Sequence record: NC_054922.1
Length of the DNA: 64,000 nucleotides
Source of the DNA: Escherichia phage vB_EcoM_KAW1E185
Strand: one strand, 5' to 3'
A model generated the notes under the pieces. That model saw only the letters and a program-made list of their open reading frames with translations, did no database searches and was not told the origin of the DNA. The position numbers and the translations under genes were made by a program. Positions 22,160-31,620 of the stretch are shown one piece after another. Each line of letters opens with the position of its first letter. Positions within the stretch are counted from its first letter, which is position 1.

Positions 22160-23124
22160 TGTATTCTTTAGAGGAATTTAATAATCAAGCAATAAACGCA
22201 GATTTTCAACGTAATAATATGTTTAGCTGCGTTTTTGCGACAACTCCATCAACTAAAAGCTCTTCGTTGATAAGTTCAATTAGTAACTTTTCTTATAATA
22301 ACTTGGGTCTAAATTCAGATTGGTTAGGATTGACTCAAGGCGATATTAATCAGGGAATTACCACGCTAATTACTGCTGGCACACAAAAACTGATAAGAAA
22401 ATCAGGGGTTAGTAAATATCTTATTGGTGCCATGAGTCAACGTACAGTTCAAAGTTTATTGGGCTCATTTACAGTTGGTACATATTTAATTGACTTCTTT
22501 AACATGGCATATAACTCATCTGGATTGATGATATATTCTGTAAAAATGCCAGAGAATAGATTATCCTATGAAACTGACTGGAACTATAATTCTCCTAATA
22601 TTCGTATAACTGGGAGAGAATTAGACCCTTTGGTTATTTCATTTAGGATGGATTCAGAAGCTTGTAACTATCGTGCGATGCAAGACTGGGTTAACGCTGT
22701 TCAAGACCCAGTAACTGGATTGCGTGCTTTGCCACAAGATGTCGAGGCAGATATTCAGGTTAATCTTCATGCTCGTAATGGATTACCTCATACTGCGGTG
22801 ATGTTCACTGGATGCATTCCAGTGTCAGTGAGCGCTCCTGAGTTATCATATGATGGAGATAACCAAATAACTACATTTGATGTTACTTTTGCGTATAGAG
22901 TCATGCAGGCTGGGTCGGTTGATAGACAAGCTGCGCTTGAGTGGCTTGAATCTGCTGCTATAAATGGCATTCAAAGCGTTCTCGGAAATAGTGGAGGTGT
23001 TACTGGATTATCTAATTCGCTTTCACGACTTAGTAGATTAGGGGGAACTGCTGGAAGCATTTCAAACATTAATACTATGACAGGAATTGTCAATTCGCAA
23101 AGTAAAATATTAGGAGCAATATAA
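22159..23124 (+). CDS. 54: baseplate-tail tube initiator gp54
   Basis: 321 aa, T4 gp54 length and position. Confidence 0.9.
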   Translation: MYSLEEFNNQAINADFQRNNMFSCVFATTPSTKSSSLISSISNFSYNNLGLNSDWLGLTQGDINQGITTLITAGTQKLIRKSGVSKYLIGAMSQRTVQSLLGSFTVGTYLIDFFNMAYNSSGLMIYSVKMPENRLSYETDWNYNSPNIRITGRELDPLVISFRMDSEACNYRAMQDWVNAVQDPVTGLRALPQDVEADIQVNLHARNGLPHTAVMFTGCIPVSVSAPELSYDGDNQITTFDVTFAYRVMQAGSVDRQAALEWLESAAINGIQSVLGNSGGVTGLSNSLSRLSRLGGTAGSISNINTMTGIVNSQSKILGAI

Positions 23125-23128
23125 CAAT

Positions 23129-23160
23129 GGGGACCGAAAGGTCCCCATATTTTTATTTAC
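23129..23160. terminator. bidirectional terminator between convergent gene 54 and alt-proximal ORF
   Basis: Hairpin GGGGACCGAAAGGTCCCC plus T-run; same stem-loop core as at 9609-9624. Confidence 0.65.
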
Positions 23161-23443
23161 GGAATGAAATAAAAGCAGCAACTGAAGCAACTAAACTGTC
23201 TTCAATATAAACTTCAATTTTTACCGGAGCTTCTGACTCAAATTTACCTGTTACTACACCTTGGAAAATGCTTTCAGTCTGCTCTGGCTTTGAAAAATTT
23301 TCAGAAGGAAAAATTCCGAACTTTTTATCTGTTCCAAAAATTTTGATAAATTCATCATAAACTGCTTCATTAAAAGCATTATCAGCAGGAATAACGCCTT
23401 CAACTACAAGTTCTTGACCTAAAAAGCGCAAAGAAGATTTCAT
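23153..23443 (-). CDS. hypothetical protein (T4 alt.-3-like)
   Basis: 96 aa ORF with GAGGA RBS and own early promoter; assignment by position. Confidence 0.6.
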   Translation of the reverse strand: MKSSLRFLGQELVVEGVIPADNAFNEAVYDEFIKIFGTDKKFGIFPSENFSKPEQTESIFQGVVTGKFESEAPVKIEVYIEDSLVASVAAFISFRK

Positions 23444-23474
23444 TTTGTGTTCCTCATGTTATGTAAGTAAAATT

Positions 23475-23504
23475 ATTATAACACAACACGAGGGACTTGT
23501 AAAC
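23475..23504 (-). promoter_or_regulatory. T4-type early promoter
   Basis: Minus strand GTTTAC, 17-nt spacer aagtccctcgtgttgtg, TTATAAT. Confidence 0.6.
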
Positions 23505-25564
23505 TACATCTTAAACTTTTTAGACATTCCGTCGATGTTAACCAAAGAAGCTAAGATTTGAGAAACTTCGTTTTCCTCTTCTTTTGATTCTTCTACAAGG
23601 AATTGATTAAATCCAGTCATTGGACGAACTTCACCAGTTTCCATCAGATGGTCGCCATCATATACCGATTCTTCTAATTGTTCAGAAGGAGGAACGATTG
23701 TGCCTTCGATTAAATACTTGTTATAAGCAGTTTCTTTCATCATGTACGTGCTCACTTTATTAATCTTCAGCAAAATTCCACGCGGTAGAATAACTTCAGC
23801 TTCTGTTGCTATTCCGAGACTTCCTGGATATACAACATTAACTTTATGAGCTCCATCAATTGCCCATCCTATTTGAACTTTAACGTATTCAGGATTTTCT
23901 TTATACGCTCTTATTTCGTTTGGATTAATAGTTATTCCTTCTTCATTTTTATCAACCGTTAATTCGTTACGAGCTTCTGGTTCTAAAAGACCAATACCAG
24001 CATGTGTAATTCCAAAACGCCCAAAAATGATAGGAGTTAAAGAAGTAGATACAAAATTTCTGAAATAGAACACTTTATTTTTAACTAGCGCTTCGTATAT
24101 AGGAGCAGTCATACTTTGAGCACGATAAACTGTAATGCCTTCCGGTATGCGGTCACCATTTTCAAAAGCTGAATCTAAATTATTTATAGCAGATTCAATT
24201 TCTTTTTCACTCATTACATCATATCGTTCTGGATTGTAACGACCTAAAAGAAGATTATTGATGTCAGTATATCCTGAACCACAATACTCTCTAATGCCGC
24301 GCTTTTGTGATGGAGTATATTTAGAACCATCACGGGCAATAGTAATATCAATCATTGGACCTGCACCAATTCCAGAAAAACTATAAATCATTCTTTTGAG
24401 GAATTTAGTTTTTGCTGCGTTCCAGGAATTTTTAGTCATTTCTTCCCAGACTTCATCTGGCTGCCCTTTACGAGTTTTATTATGTTTATCAAGCCAATTA
24501 TCTTTATATTCTTCAAAGAGTTGATTAACAGCTGCTGCGTATTTCTCTAAACATTTTATTGAAGTAGTTGGTTCATTTTTAATCGCATTAAGAATTACAT
24601 CTTTAATTTTTTCAGAAACTTCATTAACCTCACTTTTTGAAAAGAATTTATAGTCATAATGAAGTTCATTCGCAGTTCCTTCGGCAATAATTTTTGCTGC
24701 CTTAGTTTTAGAAGCTAATGAATTAATTCCAAGCTTCATTTCTTCTGCTTCGGGAATTAAAGGAGCGGTAGCAGGTTTATTGAAATTAGCTGCGGTAGAT
24801 TCATACTTCTGGAATAATTCACTTTCAAATCTAGAAGATTCCAATGATTGACTTTGCGCAATTGCTCTACGGGAAATTTTAACTTTAACGATTACAGCTT
24901 GGTCAGAACGTTTATCATTTTCTTGTGCAATAGATGCTGCAATTGCCTCATTTTTAGTTACTTGAGCTCCAGTATCTTTATTGATATAAACATCGCCGAC
25001 TTTCGATTCAACTTTAGTAAAGAGCTCGGTACTAATTTCCGGAACTCCTGGAATGTCTTCTAGTGATACATTTTTGCGATGTATAAGAATATATGCATAC
25101 TTTTTATCATAATCCCAGAGTTCCTTAAGAAGGACGTATCTGCCACCTGAACGACTACGGATAAGTCTATCAGCAATAACTTGAATTTGTCGAGCTTGAC
25201 CAGCGGTTTTAGACTTAAGAATACGAAGCATACAAGCATCAATTTTATACTGACGCATTGTTTGCATTGCAACAGTAAAAACTGAATTGATATAATTAAT
25301 TGGGCTTGGACCGAGACCTTTTAATTTAGCAATTGAACCTTTGGCAGTTAATGTAAAAGGAACAATATGCATCATTTTATCGCCCATCTTTAAATCGCGA
25401 TTAGTATCACCTCCAGATGTATAGGTGCATAAACGAAAGCCTGGTTGTTCAATTGCATCATCAACACGAACTGAAAAAATTTGTGGTATTTTCTTCTTTG
25501 GATTTAAGTTTGTAATCGGAAGAGTAGTATCTTCGTCAAATAATTCTGTAATGAGTTCCATCAT
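23504..25564 (-). CDS. alt: Alt ADP-ribosyltransferase (packaged, modifies host RNA polymerase)
   Basis: 686 aa vs T4 Alt about 682; MMELITELFDEDTTLPITNL matches recalled Alt; true start may be the second Met. Confidence 0.9.
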   Translation of the reverse strand: MMELITELFDEDTTLPITNLNPKKKIPQIFSVRVDDAIEQPGFRLCTYTSGGDTNRDLKMGDKMMHIVPFTLTAKGSIAKLKGLGPSPINYINSVFTVAMQTMRQYKIDACMLRILKSKTAGQARQIQVIADRLIRSRSGGRYVLLKELWDYDKKYAYILIHRKNVSLEDIPGVPEISTELFTKVESKVGDVYINKDTGAQVTKNEAIAASIAQENDKRSDQAVIVKVKISRRAIAQSQSLESSRFESELFQKYESTAANFNKPATAPLIPEAEEMKLGINSLASKTKAAKIIAEGTANELHYDYKFFSKSEVNEVSEKIKDVILNAIKNEPTTSIKCLEKYAAAVNQLFEEYKDNWLDKHNKTRKGQPDEVWEEMTKNSWNAAKTKFLKRMIYSFSGIGAGPMIDITIARDGSKYTPSQKRGIREYCGSGYTDINNLLLGRYNPERYDVMSEKEIESAINNLDSAFENGDRIPEGITVYRAQSMTAPIYEALVKNKVFYFRNFVSTSLTPIIFGRFGITHAGIGLLEPEARNELTVDKNEEGITINPNEIRAYKENPEYVKVQIGWAIDGAHKVNVVYPGSLGIATEAEVILPRGILLKINKVSTYMMKETAYNKYLIEGTIVPPSEQLEESVYDGDHLMETGEVRPMTGFNQFLVEESKEEENEVSQILASLVNIDGMSKKFKM

Positions 25565-25584
25565 ATCCTCTCTAGTGTTTATTC

Positions 25585-25592
25585 TATTTATA
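25585..25592 (-). promoter_or_regulatory. late promoter TATAAATA upstream of alt
   Basis: Minus-strand TATAAATA about 20 nt upstream of alt ATG, preceded by hairpin 25598-25615. Confidence 0.5.
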
Positions 25593-25613
25593 AAATTAAA
25601 GGCCCGAAGGCCT

Positions 25614-25802
25614 TTAATAATCTATTGGTAAGAGAGTACGATATATTTCAAACTTTGGACCTTTTTCATAGGCATCAAATGTTTCTGTGAATTTATTATA
25701 AGCATATGCATCTATAAATTCAATCATAATTTGTGATACAGAAGTAGAAACATCTCCACCTTCTTTTTGAGCAACGACAATTGTTTCTAAGTAAGCTTTC
25801 AT
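25614..25802 (-). CDS. hypothetical protein between gene 30 and alt
   Basis: 62 aa ORF, start overlaps gene 30 stop. Confidence 0.5.
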   Translation of the reverse strand: MKAYLETIVVAQKEGGDVSTSVSQIMIEFIDAYAYNKFTETFDAYEKGPKFEIYRTLLPIDY

Positions 25803-27262
25803 AGACCAGTTACCTCATGAAAATCACCAAATACATCCTCGAATGTATTAGCTTTAGTTTTATCTTCACGTAAACGAATCGCAATCGGAAGAAATAATTT
25901 AACGTAATCAGTGCGGCCATCAGATTTTAGCCAACCGTTGCATTCGCACTCTAGAATTTTTCCAATATAATAATTTTGGTTTTCCATAATGCGAGTACGG
26001 TCAAGTTCATGTGATTTTACACCGGCTTTATCTTTTAAGCCTGAACCAGCATTTACTTTAATTTTTCCACACTCTGATTCAAGAATAAATCCACCTGCTT
26101 TAGTAGGGTCTTTACGGTGAGGATAAATTCCTACAATTTTTAAATCAACATCAATTACTTCTTTAAATTTATAGAGATTTTTTGAACGAGCATTTTCCCA
26201 CAATCCATCGGTATTTTTGAGAATAATACCTTCAAGACCTTGGTCAATATACTTTTTATAAATTACCTTAGCTTCATCTAGGTTATTTACTACCTGGTTT
26301 TCAATTAAAATTACTTTATCATATCCTGATGTCATTTGTTCTAGTTTAGAAAAACGTACATCATATTTTAAACGAAACGCCGGAAGACCGTATATTTCTA
26401 CCAACGGAACATAATCCCAGACCTGAAACTTCATGCATTGAGCTTCTTTTTCTGAAATAGTTCCCTTTAAAGATTTATTAGCGATTCCATTAGAAGCAGT
26501 ACGAGATTCCGCTACTTCGGCGAATTCTTTAGCTTTACTAATTTCAGGATAATCATCAAAAAGAAAATCTAGGCCTTCTGGTTCCTTTTTAACTTGCTCA
26601 TGGTATACCAATTCGCCATCAATTAACACACCTTCTGGATGAATCTGGCGGGCTTCAGCAGTCATTTTGATTAATTCTTCCTTAAGAAGATCTAATCCTA
26701 GATATTCATTACCAGCTCGTGATAAAAGACGAACATCATCTAATTCATCGCCTCGGACTTCAGCAAAACACCTGGCTCCATCTGCTTTTAACTGTGCAAA
26801 GGCTGGAAATTTGATATTCTTACTAATGCCCTTTTCATCATAAGAACTTGCCAGCATTTGAGGTTGTTCAGGAATTAAACCTGGCCAAACTTTGTTTGCA
26901 ATAGATACTGAAGCACCGCATTCAAGGTCTCGCATCATCACTCGACGCAAAACTTCAACATCATCCTTTTTACCATCGGTGATATATCCAGTCAATTCCT
27001 CAATTGCAGCATTTCCGGTCAATTTCCGAGTAGCTAACGTGAATTCAATGAAGTCAAGCATATCGGTAATGGTCAGCATTCCAAAACTCTGGGTAGCAAT
27101 ACCAGGTTTAGGCCATTTCTTGATATAATACTGTAACCCACGAGAATAAGTTAGACGATATACTCGTTTAAGCAATTCATTATCTTTATTCTTTTCAAGA
27201 ATTGCTTGCTTCTGCTTAGTTGATCCAATAGATGCTATTTCATTCAGAATTTTAAGAATCAT
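25799..27262 (-). CDS. 30: ATP-dependent DNA ligase gp30
   Basis: 487 aa, T4 ligase length; KADGAR adenylation motif; MILKILNEIASIGSTKQKQAIL matches recalled gp30. Confidence 0.95.
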   Translation of the reverse strand: MILKILNEIASIGSTKQKQAILEKNKDNELLKRVYRLTYSRGLQYYIKKWPKPGIATQSFGMLTITDMLDFIEFTLATRKLTGNAAIEELTGYITDGKKDDVEVLRRVMMRDLECGASVSIANKVWPGLIPEQPQMLASSYDEKGISKNIKFPAFAQLKADGARCFAEVRGDELDDVRLLSRAGNEYLGLDLLKEELIKMTAEARQIHPEGVLIDGELVYHEQVKKEPEGLDFLFDDYPEISKAKEFAEVAESRTASNGIANKSLKGTISEKEAQCMKFQVWDYVPLVEIYGLPAFRLKYDVRFSKLEQMTSGYDKVILIENQVVNNLDEAKVIYKKYIDQGLEGIILKNTDGLWENARSKNLYKFKEVIDVDLKIVGIYPHRKDPTKAGGFILESECGKIKVNAGSGLKDKAGVKSHELDRTRIMENQNYYIGKILECECNGWLKSDGRTDYVKLFLPIAIRLREDKTKANTFEDVFGDFHEVTGL

Positions 27263-27528
27263 TGTTCATCCTTCAGAGTTTGATTTACAGCTCTATTATA
27301 AATCAATTCATCATTAAGCTCAGTCAAAGACCTATGATATGTAGTTCTAACTTTATTTCCTTGCATCCAGTGCTTGACGTAAATGAAACCTTGCTCTACA
27401 CATTTTTTAAAAATTCGTTCGTCTTTTTGAGCTCGGAATTCTGGATTGCATCTAAAAAATTGATTTACGTGACCGTAATCACGTGTAGTATTACCTTCAT
27501 TTTCATAAATAGTGTGAACGACAAACAT
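27259..27528 (-). CDS. hypothetical protein (T4 30.1-like)
   Basis: 89 aa ORF; by position. Confidence 0.55.
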   Translation of the reverse strand: MFVVHTIYENEGNTTRDYGHVNQFFRCNPEFRAQKDERIFKKCVEQGFIYVKHWMQGNKVRTTYHRSLTELNDELIYNRAVNQTLKDEQ

Positions 27529-28367
27529 TAGAATGCTCCTTGGAAAATATTATCACCACTAGTAGGTCTATTATACAAATACTCTATGCCACCAGGTTTA
27601 ATATAGTTCCATGTCTGAAACGGATGTGTCTGATATGGATGATATAGATGATTATAAGGATTAAATCCAGGAGTTCTCCAGGTAGTATTCCAACGAAAAG
27701 AATCGTTTTTAATCATCTTTTCAATTGCATCTTTTATAGCTTTTTCACTATCAAAACTTTCTTTATTTTCCTTCGGTGAAAAAAGCTTATTTTCTACATC
27801 ATTCCATGTATAAACTCGCTGTGCAGTTTTTGGAATACTGTCACGCTCTCCTCGAGCCATCCAATAAACAGGAACATTTAATATTTCACTCGCGTGATCG
27901 CAGTGGTGAGCGAGATCGTCAATATAACAAATTACGTTATATTTTTCTTTTGCCTTTTTGAACAGCTCTTCTTTTGAAGAATCATGACCACACATCATTA
28001 CTTCTGAGAAGGCACCAGGAAAAAGAGCATTCAAATTAAATTGACGATTCAGCAGAGCGTCAATAGAATCACCCAATGCTGTAACAGCTACAAAATTATA
28101 ATCTTCTTTTAATTTGTTAATTACACACAGAGCATCTTTATATGGAGACAAGTAACGAATAAAATCTGAACGATTGTATTTTTCAATTAACTTGACACCA
28201 AGTTCTTCATCACAATTAAAGAGTTTACCTGGAGAAATAAATTTCTCATCCTGGATCATTTTTAAAATATGTTCTAACGGAAGATTATATTTCTGAGCAA
28301 AATAAGGAAGGCCTGATTGCCAGCTTAAACATACTCCATCAATATCAGTTAAAATAGTAGGCTTCAT
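27528..28367 (-). CDS. HAD-like hydrolase candidate (T4 30.2-like)
   Basis: 279 aa; N-terminal DIDGV resembles HAD motif I. Confidence 0.6.
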   Translation of the reverse strand: MKPTILTDIDGVCLSWQSGLPYFAQKYNLPLEHILKMIQDEKFISPGKLFNCDEELGVKLIEKYNRSDFIRYLSPYKDALCVINKLKEDYNFVAVTALGDSIDALLNRQFNLNALFPGAFSEVMMCGHDSSKEELFKKAKEKYNVICYIDDLAHHCDHASEILNVPVYWMARGERDSIPKTAQRVYTWNDVENKLFSPKENKESFDSEKAIKDAIEKMIKNDSFRWNTTWRTPGFNPYNHLYHPYQTHPFQTWNYIKPGGIEYLYNRPTSGDNIFQGAF

Positions 28368-28828
28368 AGAGAGTCTCTTAATAGGTTTAACACATCAATA
28401 AATTCAGCTTCGGTTAGTATTGTATCATCTTTTGTTAGACCACTAGCCATGCTGTGCTTCAAAACTTTTCCTTTCGAGGCTTGTAATGCATCGCGAAAGC
28501 CCTTGTTTTGGATCGCTGCTTCAAAATATGCATTTGTGTATAATTCTTTCCACGCTGGAGAGTATCTTGAAAACGGAACTCCAAGCCAGAAGAGGGTCCC
28601 ACGGTCCTGAGCTCTAGCATAAGCTCGTCCAGCTTGTTGGGCGGCAAGCCCGGATAACCCAAATATACGTCTTTGATGTTCAACATTTTTCACCTTACAC
28701 CCTTGGAGGAATCCTTCGAGACCTCCAAATTGGATACCATCCATAACAAAAGGCCATTGGGCGAAATTACTTAATGCGCATGATGGCCATCTAAAATTGC
28801 TTCTTATCTCTAGCTCAGACATTTTCAA
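28364..28828 (-). CDS. NADAR/DUF1768-family protein candidate (T4 30.3-like)
   Basis: 154 aa; resemblance to YbiA/NADAR from memory, unverified. Confidence 0.55.
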   Translation of the reverse strand: MKMSELEIRSNFRWPSCALSNFAQWPFVMDGIQFGGLEGFLQGCKVKNVEHQRRIFGLSGLAAQQAGRAYARAQDRGTLFWLGVPFSRYSPAWKELYTNAYFEAAIQNKGFRDALQASKGKVLKHSMASGLTKDDTILTEAEFIDVLNLLRDSL

Positions 28829-29021
28829 TACTTATAATTTCAACATCAGCCCAATGACCATAGCAAGGAAGACGAAATTCAACTGGCCAGTTAGGGTCCT
28901 TTTCTAATATAATAGACTCAACTTGTGGTTCTTCGTGTTCATCAGTATATGGATTTTTATCTGTTACTTTATATGTGACCTTAATGTACTGAATTCCAAA
29001 AATCTTATTAATTATATTCAT
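28815..29021 (-). CDS. hypothetical protein
   Basis: 68 aa ORF in 30.x cluster. Confidence 0.5.
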   Translation of the reverse strand: MNIINKIFGIQYIKVTYKVTDKNPYTDEHEEPQVESIILEKDPNWPVEFRLPCYGHWADVEIISIENV

Positions 29022-29215
29022 ACTAATTCCTTTAATCCGTAAATAGGAGATAATTCATCGCCCATACGAAGGTCTTCATTTCCATCTACCCAGGAAACAA
29101 TATAAGCCTCTTTTATTTGAATACCACTCCATTTAAATGGAGGTAGAACCTTAGAAATTAATCCAGGTATACCAACTCCCTTTAATTCAACAGTTTGACC
29201 TAAAAAGAATTTCAT
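29018..29215 (-). CDS. hypothetical protein
   Basis: 65 aa ORF in 30.x cluster. Confidence 0.5.
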   Translation of the reverse strand: MKFFLGQTVELKGVGIPGLISKVLPPFKWSGIQIKEAYIVSWVDGNEDLRMGDELSPIYGLKELV

Positions 29216-29502
29216 TAGAACCTCATCTGAAAGCCATGCGATTTAACATTACCGCCGCCAATATCAGAAATATTAATTTCACGCGCAATTGAAGGGTCAA
29301 TGTCAATTTCACGATTGAGTTTAGTGATAGCTAAAGTATCGCGCCCATTTACAGTACGGAACTTTAAAGGACATACTACATTAACGTAGTTTTTAATCGA
29401 TTCACTAGTAGGTTGCAAATGAGCAGGAAGGTCTTTAGGCGCCTTAGAGAAAACTACTTCGCAGAAGTTTTTACGAGTATCAAAATAAGTAGTCATAAAC
29501 AT
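29215..29502 (-). CDS. hypothetical protein
   Basis: 95 aa from ATG 29502 with GAGGA RBS; ORF-track start 29526 is non-ATG. Confidence 0.55.
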   Translation of the reverse strand: MFMTTYFDTRKNFCEVVFSKAPKDLPAHLQPTSESIKNYVNVVCPLKFRTVNGRDTLAITKLNREIDIDPSIAREINISDIGGGNVKSHGFQMRF

Positions 29503-29542
29503 AGTATTTTCCTCAGTAAGGGCCAAAGCCCCTCATTTTATT

Positions 29543-29908
29543 TTAAATATCAAATTCGTTAAGAACTACATCAAAGATTGCTTCAAGATGCTCAGGTTTA
29601 GCTCTGTTACTCAGAATATGACGAATCCAAGTTTTAACAAGAAGCTTACGATTAACGCCATTCCAGCAAGGATGAGTCCCTAAATCGCGTTGACGAAAAT
29701 CATCATCCAAAGCGATTTTGAAGTTGGAACCTTCCATTGTAATTGAAACCGTGATGCCATTTTCAAATCGCATATAAACGTAGTTAGGAGTCATATACTG
29801 TTCAATTTCGCATACTGATCCATTTTGATGTTTCCAAAGGCAAATAGTATCAATAGAACCTGCAATACCATTAGAAACATATTTACGTTCAAAGTTGATG
29901 TAGTTCAT
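29543..29908 (-). CDS. hypothetical protein
   Basis: 121 aa ORF in 30.x cluster. Confidence 0.55.
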   Translation of the reverse strand: MNYINFERKYVSNGIAGSIDTICLWKHQNGSVCEIEQYMTPNYVYMRFENGITVSITMEGSNFKIALDDDFRQRDLGTHPCWNGVNRKLLVKTWIRHILSNRAKPEHLEAIFDVVLNEFDI

Positions 29909-29984
29909 TTTTATTCTCCGAGATGTTTAATTGCGGTACAGGTATATAATATCATATCCTGTACCAAAGTAAACAATTATTTTA

Positions 29985-30308
29985 CTACTTTCCAGTGCTG
30001 CATGTCAAGTTTACCAACTTTTTCATCTTCTCAATTAAGCGTTCGGCACGTTGGCGAGCTGTAACATAATACCATTCACCTAATTCATTTTGTTCAATTT
30101 TTCCAACGATTACTGTATTCAATTCATAAATCCAACCAGTAAAGAAATTATGAACTTGAATTGTAAAGGTGAAATCTGTTCCCATACCTTCTGTTGTTTC
30201 TACTTCAATAATATCACCTTCAACTGCCATTAAGAACCACATAGTTTCATCATATTTACCATTGAAGCATTTAGTTTTAACTGCAGCGTTCAGATTAATC
30301 GTTTTCAT
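29985..30308 (-). CDS. hypothetical protein
   Basis: 107 aa ORF with AGGAG RBS and early promoter upstream. Confidence 0.6.
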   Translation of the reverse strand: MKTINLNAAVKTKCFNGKYDETMWFLMAVEGDIIEVETTEGMGTDFTFTIQVHNFFTGWIYELNTVIVGKIEQNELGEWYYVTARQRAERLIEKMKKLVNLTCSTGK

Positions 30309-30334
30309 TTTATTCTCCTTTGTTTGTGTAAGAT

Positions 30335-30366
30335 AATACTATCACAAAGGAACTATACTGTAAACA
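30335..30366 (-). promoter_or_regulatory. T4-type early promoter
   Basis: Minus strand GTTTAC, 17-nt spacer, TAGTAT/TATTAT. Confidence 0.55.
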
Positions 30367-30384
30367 ACTTTGTGCAATCTTTGG

Positions 30385-30414
30385 AAAATAAAAAAGGACT
30401 CCCGAAGGAGTCCT
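30385..30414 (-). terminator. rho-independent terminator
   Basis: Minus strand hairpin AGGACTCCTTCGGGAGTCCT followed by TTTTTTATTTT. Confidence 0.7.
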
Positions 30415-30418
30415 CAAC

Positions 30419-30595
30419 TTATGCTTTCTGCTTACCAAAACGAGAAGCATCATCTCGAAGAACCGCGCGTGCTCGGCGCATGATCTTCTCAACAGTTTGA
30501 TTGATACGAGAGTTCGACCCACGCTTGTAGCCAGCGCGTTTAGAATCACCAACTTTCTTTTCAACTGCTTTCTTTGCTTTAGCTTGTTTTGCCAT
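30419..30595 (-). CDS. small Lys/Arg-rich protein, 58 aa (frame open upstream to ATG 30727)
   Basis: MAKQAKAKKAVEKKVGDSKRAGYKRGS...; weak AGAGA RBS; own terminator; start uncertain. Confidence 0.45.
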   Translation of the reverse strand: MAKQAKAKKAVEKKVGDSKRAGYKRGSNSRINQTVEKIMRRARAVLRDDASRFGKQKA

Positions 30596-30832
30596 TATAA
30601 ATTCTCTTTTAAATGAAAATGCAGGACTTATTGGCATTGCCGCGAAAGCCCTCAAGGGGTACTTAGGTTTTGAATATTTACCGACAGGATAACCATAAAC
30701 CTCGTCAACATTCAAGAGGTACACCATAAAACTGCCGGGGTCTTAAAACTATAATGATTCGCAAATCATTAATCAGACAGTTCGATGGCTCCTCGATTTT
30801 AGCTCACACTAAGGCAGTGAATCTCCAATAAA

Positions 30833-31081
30833 TTACTTCAGTGTTACCACAAAGTGACGAACTGCTTTTCGTGCAGCAGAAGCCAGAGGCTTAGCATACT
30901 TAAGTTCATCTTTTTCCTGAAGCTCAGCAGCTAATGCAGTTTGAGCAGGATTCAGATGTTTGAAATAACGCAGGATTTCAAGAGCTTCGGCTTCAACATC
31001 AATAGATGCGCCATAGTTTTCGTGACCATTATTCCATGCGTTTCGTTGCAGTTCAAGAGCGTGTTGTAATTGTTTAATCAT
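30833..31081 (-). CDS. rIII: RIII lysis-inhibition accessory protein (probable)
   Basis: 82 aa ORF, T4 RIII size, position between 30.x cluster and gene 31. Confidence 0.6.
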   Translation of the reverse strand: MIKQLQHALELQRNAWNNGHENYGASIDVEAEALEILRYFKHLNPAQTALAAELQEKDELKYAKPLASAARKAVRHFVVTLK

Positions 31082-31220
31082 TTAAAAATTCTCGTTAGAG
31101 ATTAAAACTCGGTAGTCACGTTCTTCTGAATTTCATCTTCTTTCGACAGATCTCTCAGTTGTAGACTACCACATAGAATTGTTCGGTTAACTTATTATTC
31201 CGACACCCAATTCATATTAT

Positions 31221-31228
31221 TATTTATA
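31221..31228 (-). promoter_or_regulatory. late promoter TATAAATA downstream of gene 31
   Basis: Minus-strand TATAAATA just after gene 31 stop. Confidence 0.4.
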
Positions 31229-31564
31229 TCACTTATAAAGACACGGAATAGCTTTATAGTGACAGGTAACGAATTTTTGTTTAATTTCTTTTGGCTGCTT
31301 AAGACCCAGAGCTACAAAAGGATGCGGAACGTTTCGAATTTGACCAACTGGAAGAGAAGTCAAATCACCAACTTCGCAGAAACCTTCAGGAACATCAGGA
31401 CCAACAGAGTGAATTACACACAGTTCAGGAACTTCACCTTGAACACGTTTACCGATAATGAGTCCTGATTCTGTGACTTCTTCATCACCGGCTTGTGCAG
31501 GTTCAGAAACTAAAATAACATATTCACCGACAGCACGAATTGGTAGCTGTTGTACTTCAGACAT
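31229..31564 (-). CDS. 31: head assembly co-chaperonin gp31 (GroES analogue)
   Basis: 111 aa, T4 gp31 length; [26 protein letters not shown] matches recalled gp31. Confidence 0.92.
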   Translation of the reverse strand: MSEVQQLPIRAVGEYVILVSEPAQAGDEEVTESGLIIGKRVQGEVPELCVIHSVGPDVPEGFCEVGDLTSLPVGQIRNVPHPFVALGLKQPKEIKQKFVTCHYKAIPCLYK

Positions 31565-31620
31565 CGTTTTTCCTTTTTGTTAACAGATGAATTAATAATA
31601 ACAAATAATTCTTAAAGCAT

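Noticed and set aside
27262-27531. 89-aa plus-strand ORF mirroring minus-strand 27259-27528
   Set aside because: Same interval on the opposite strand; the local gene direction and coupling to gene 30 favour the minus-strand ORF.
30310-30564. 84-aa minus-strand ORF
   Set aside because: Overlaps the terminator and early promoter and, in another frame, the Lys-rich ORF; no RBS.
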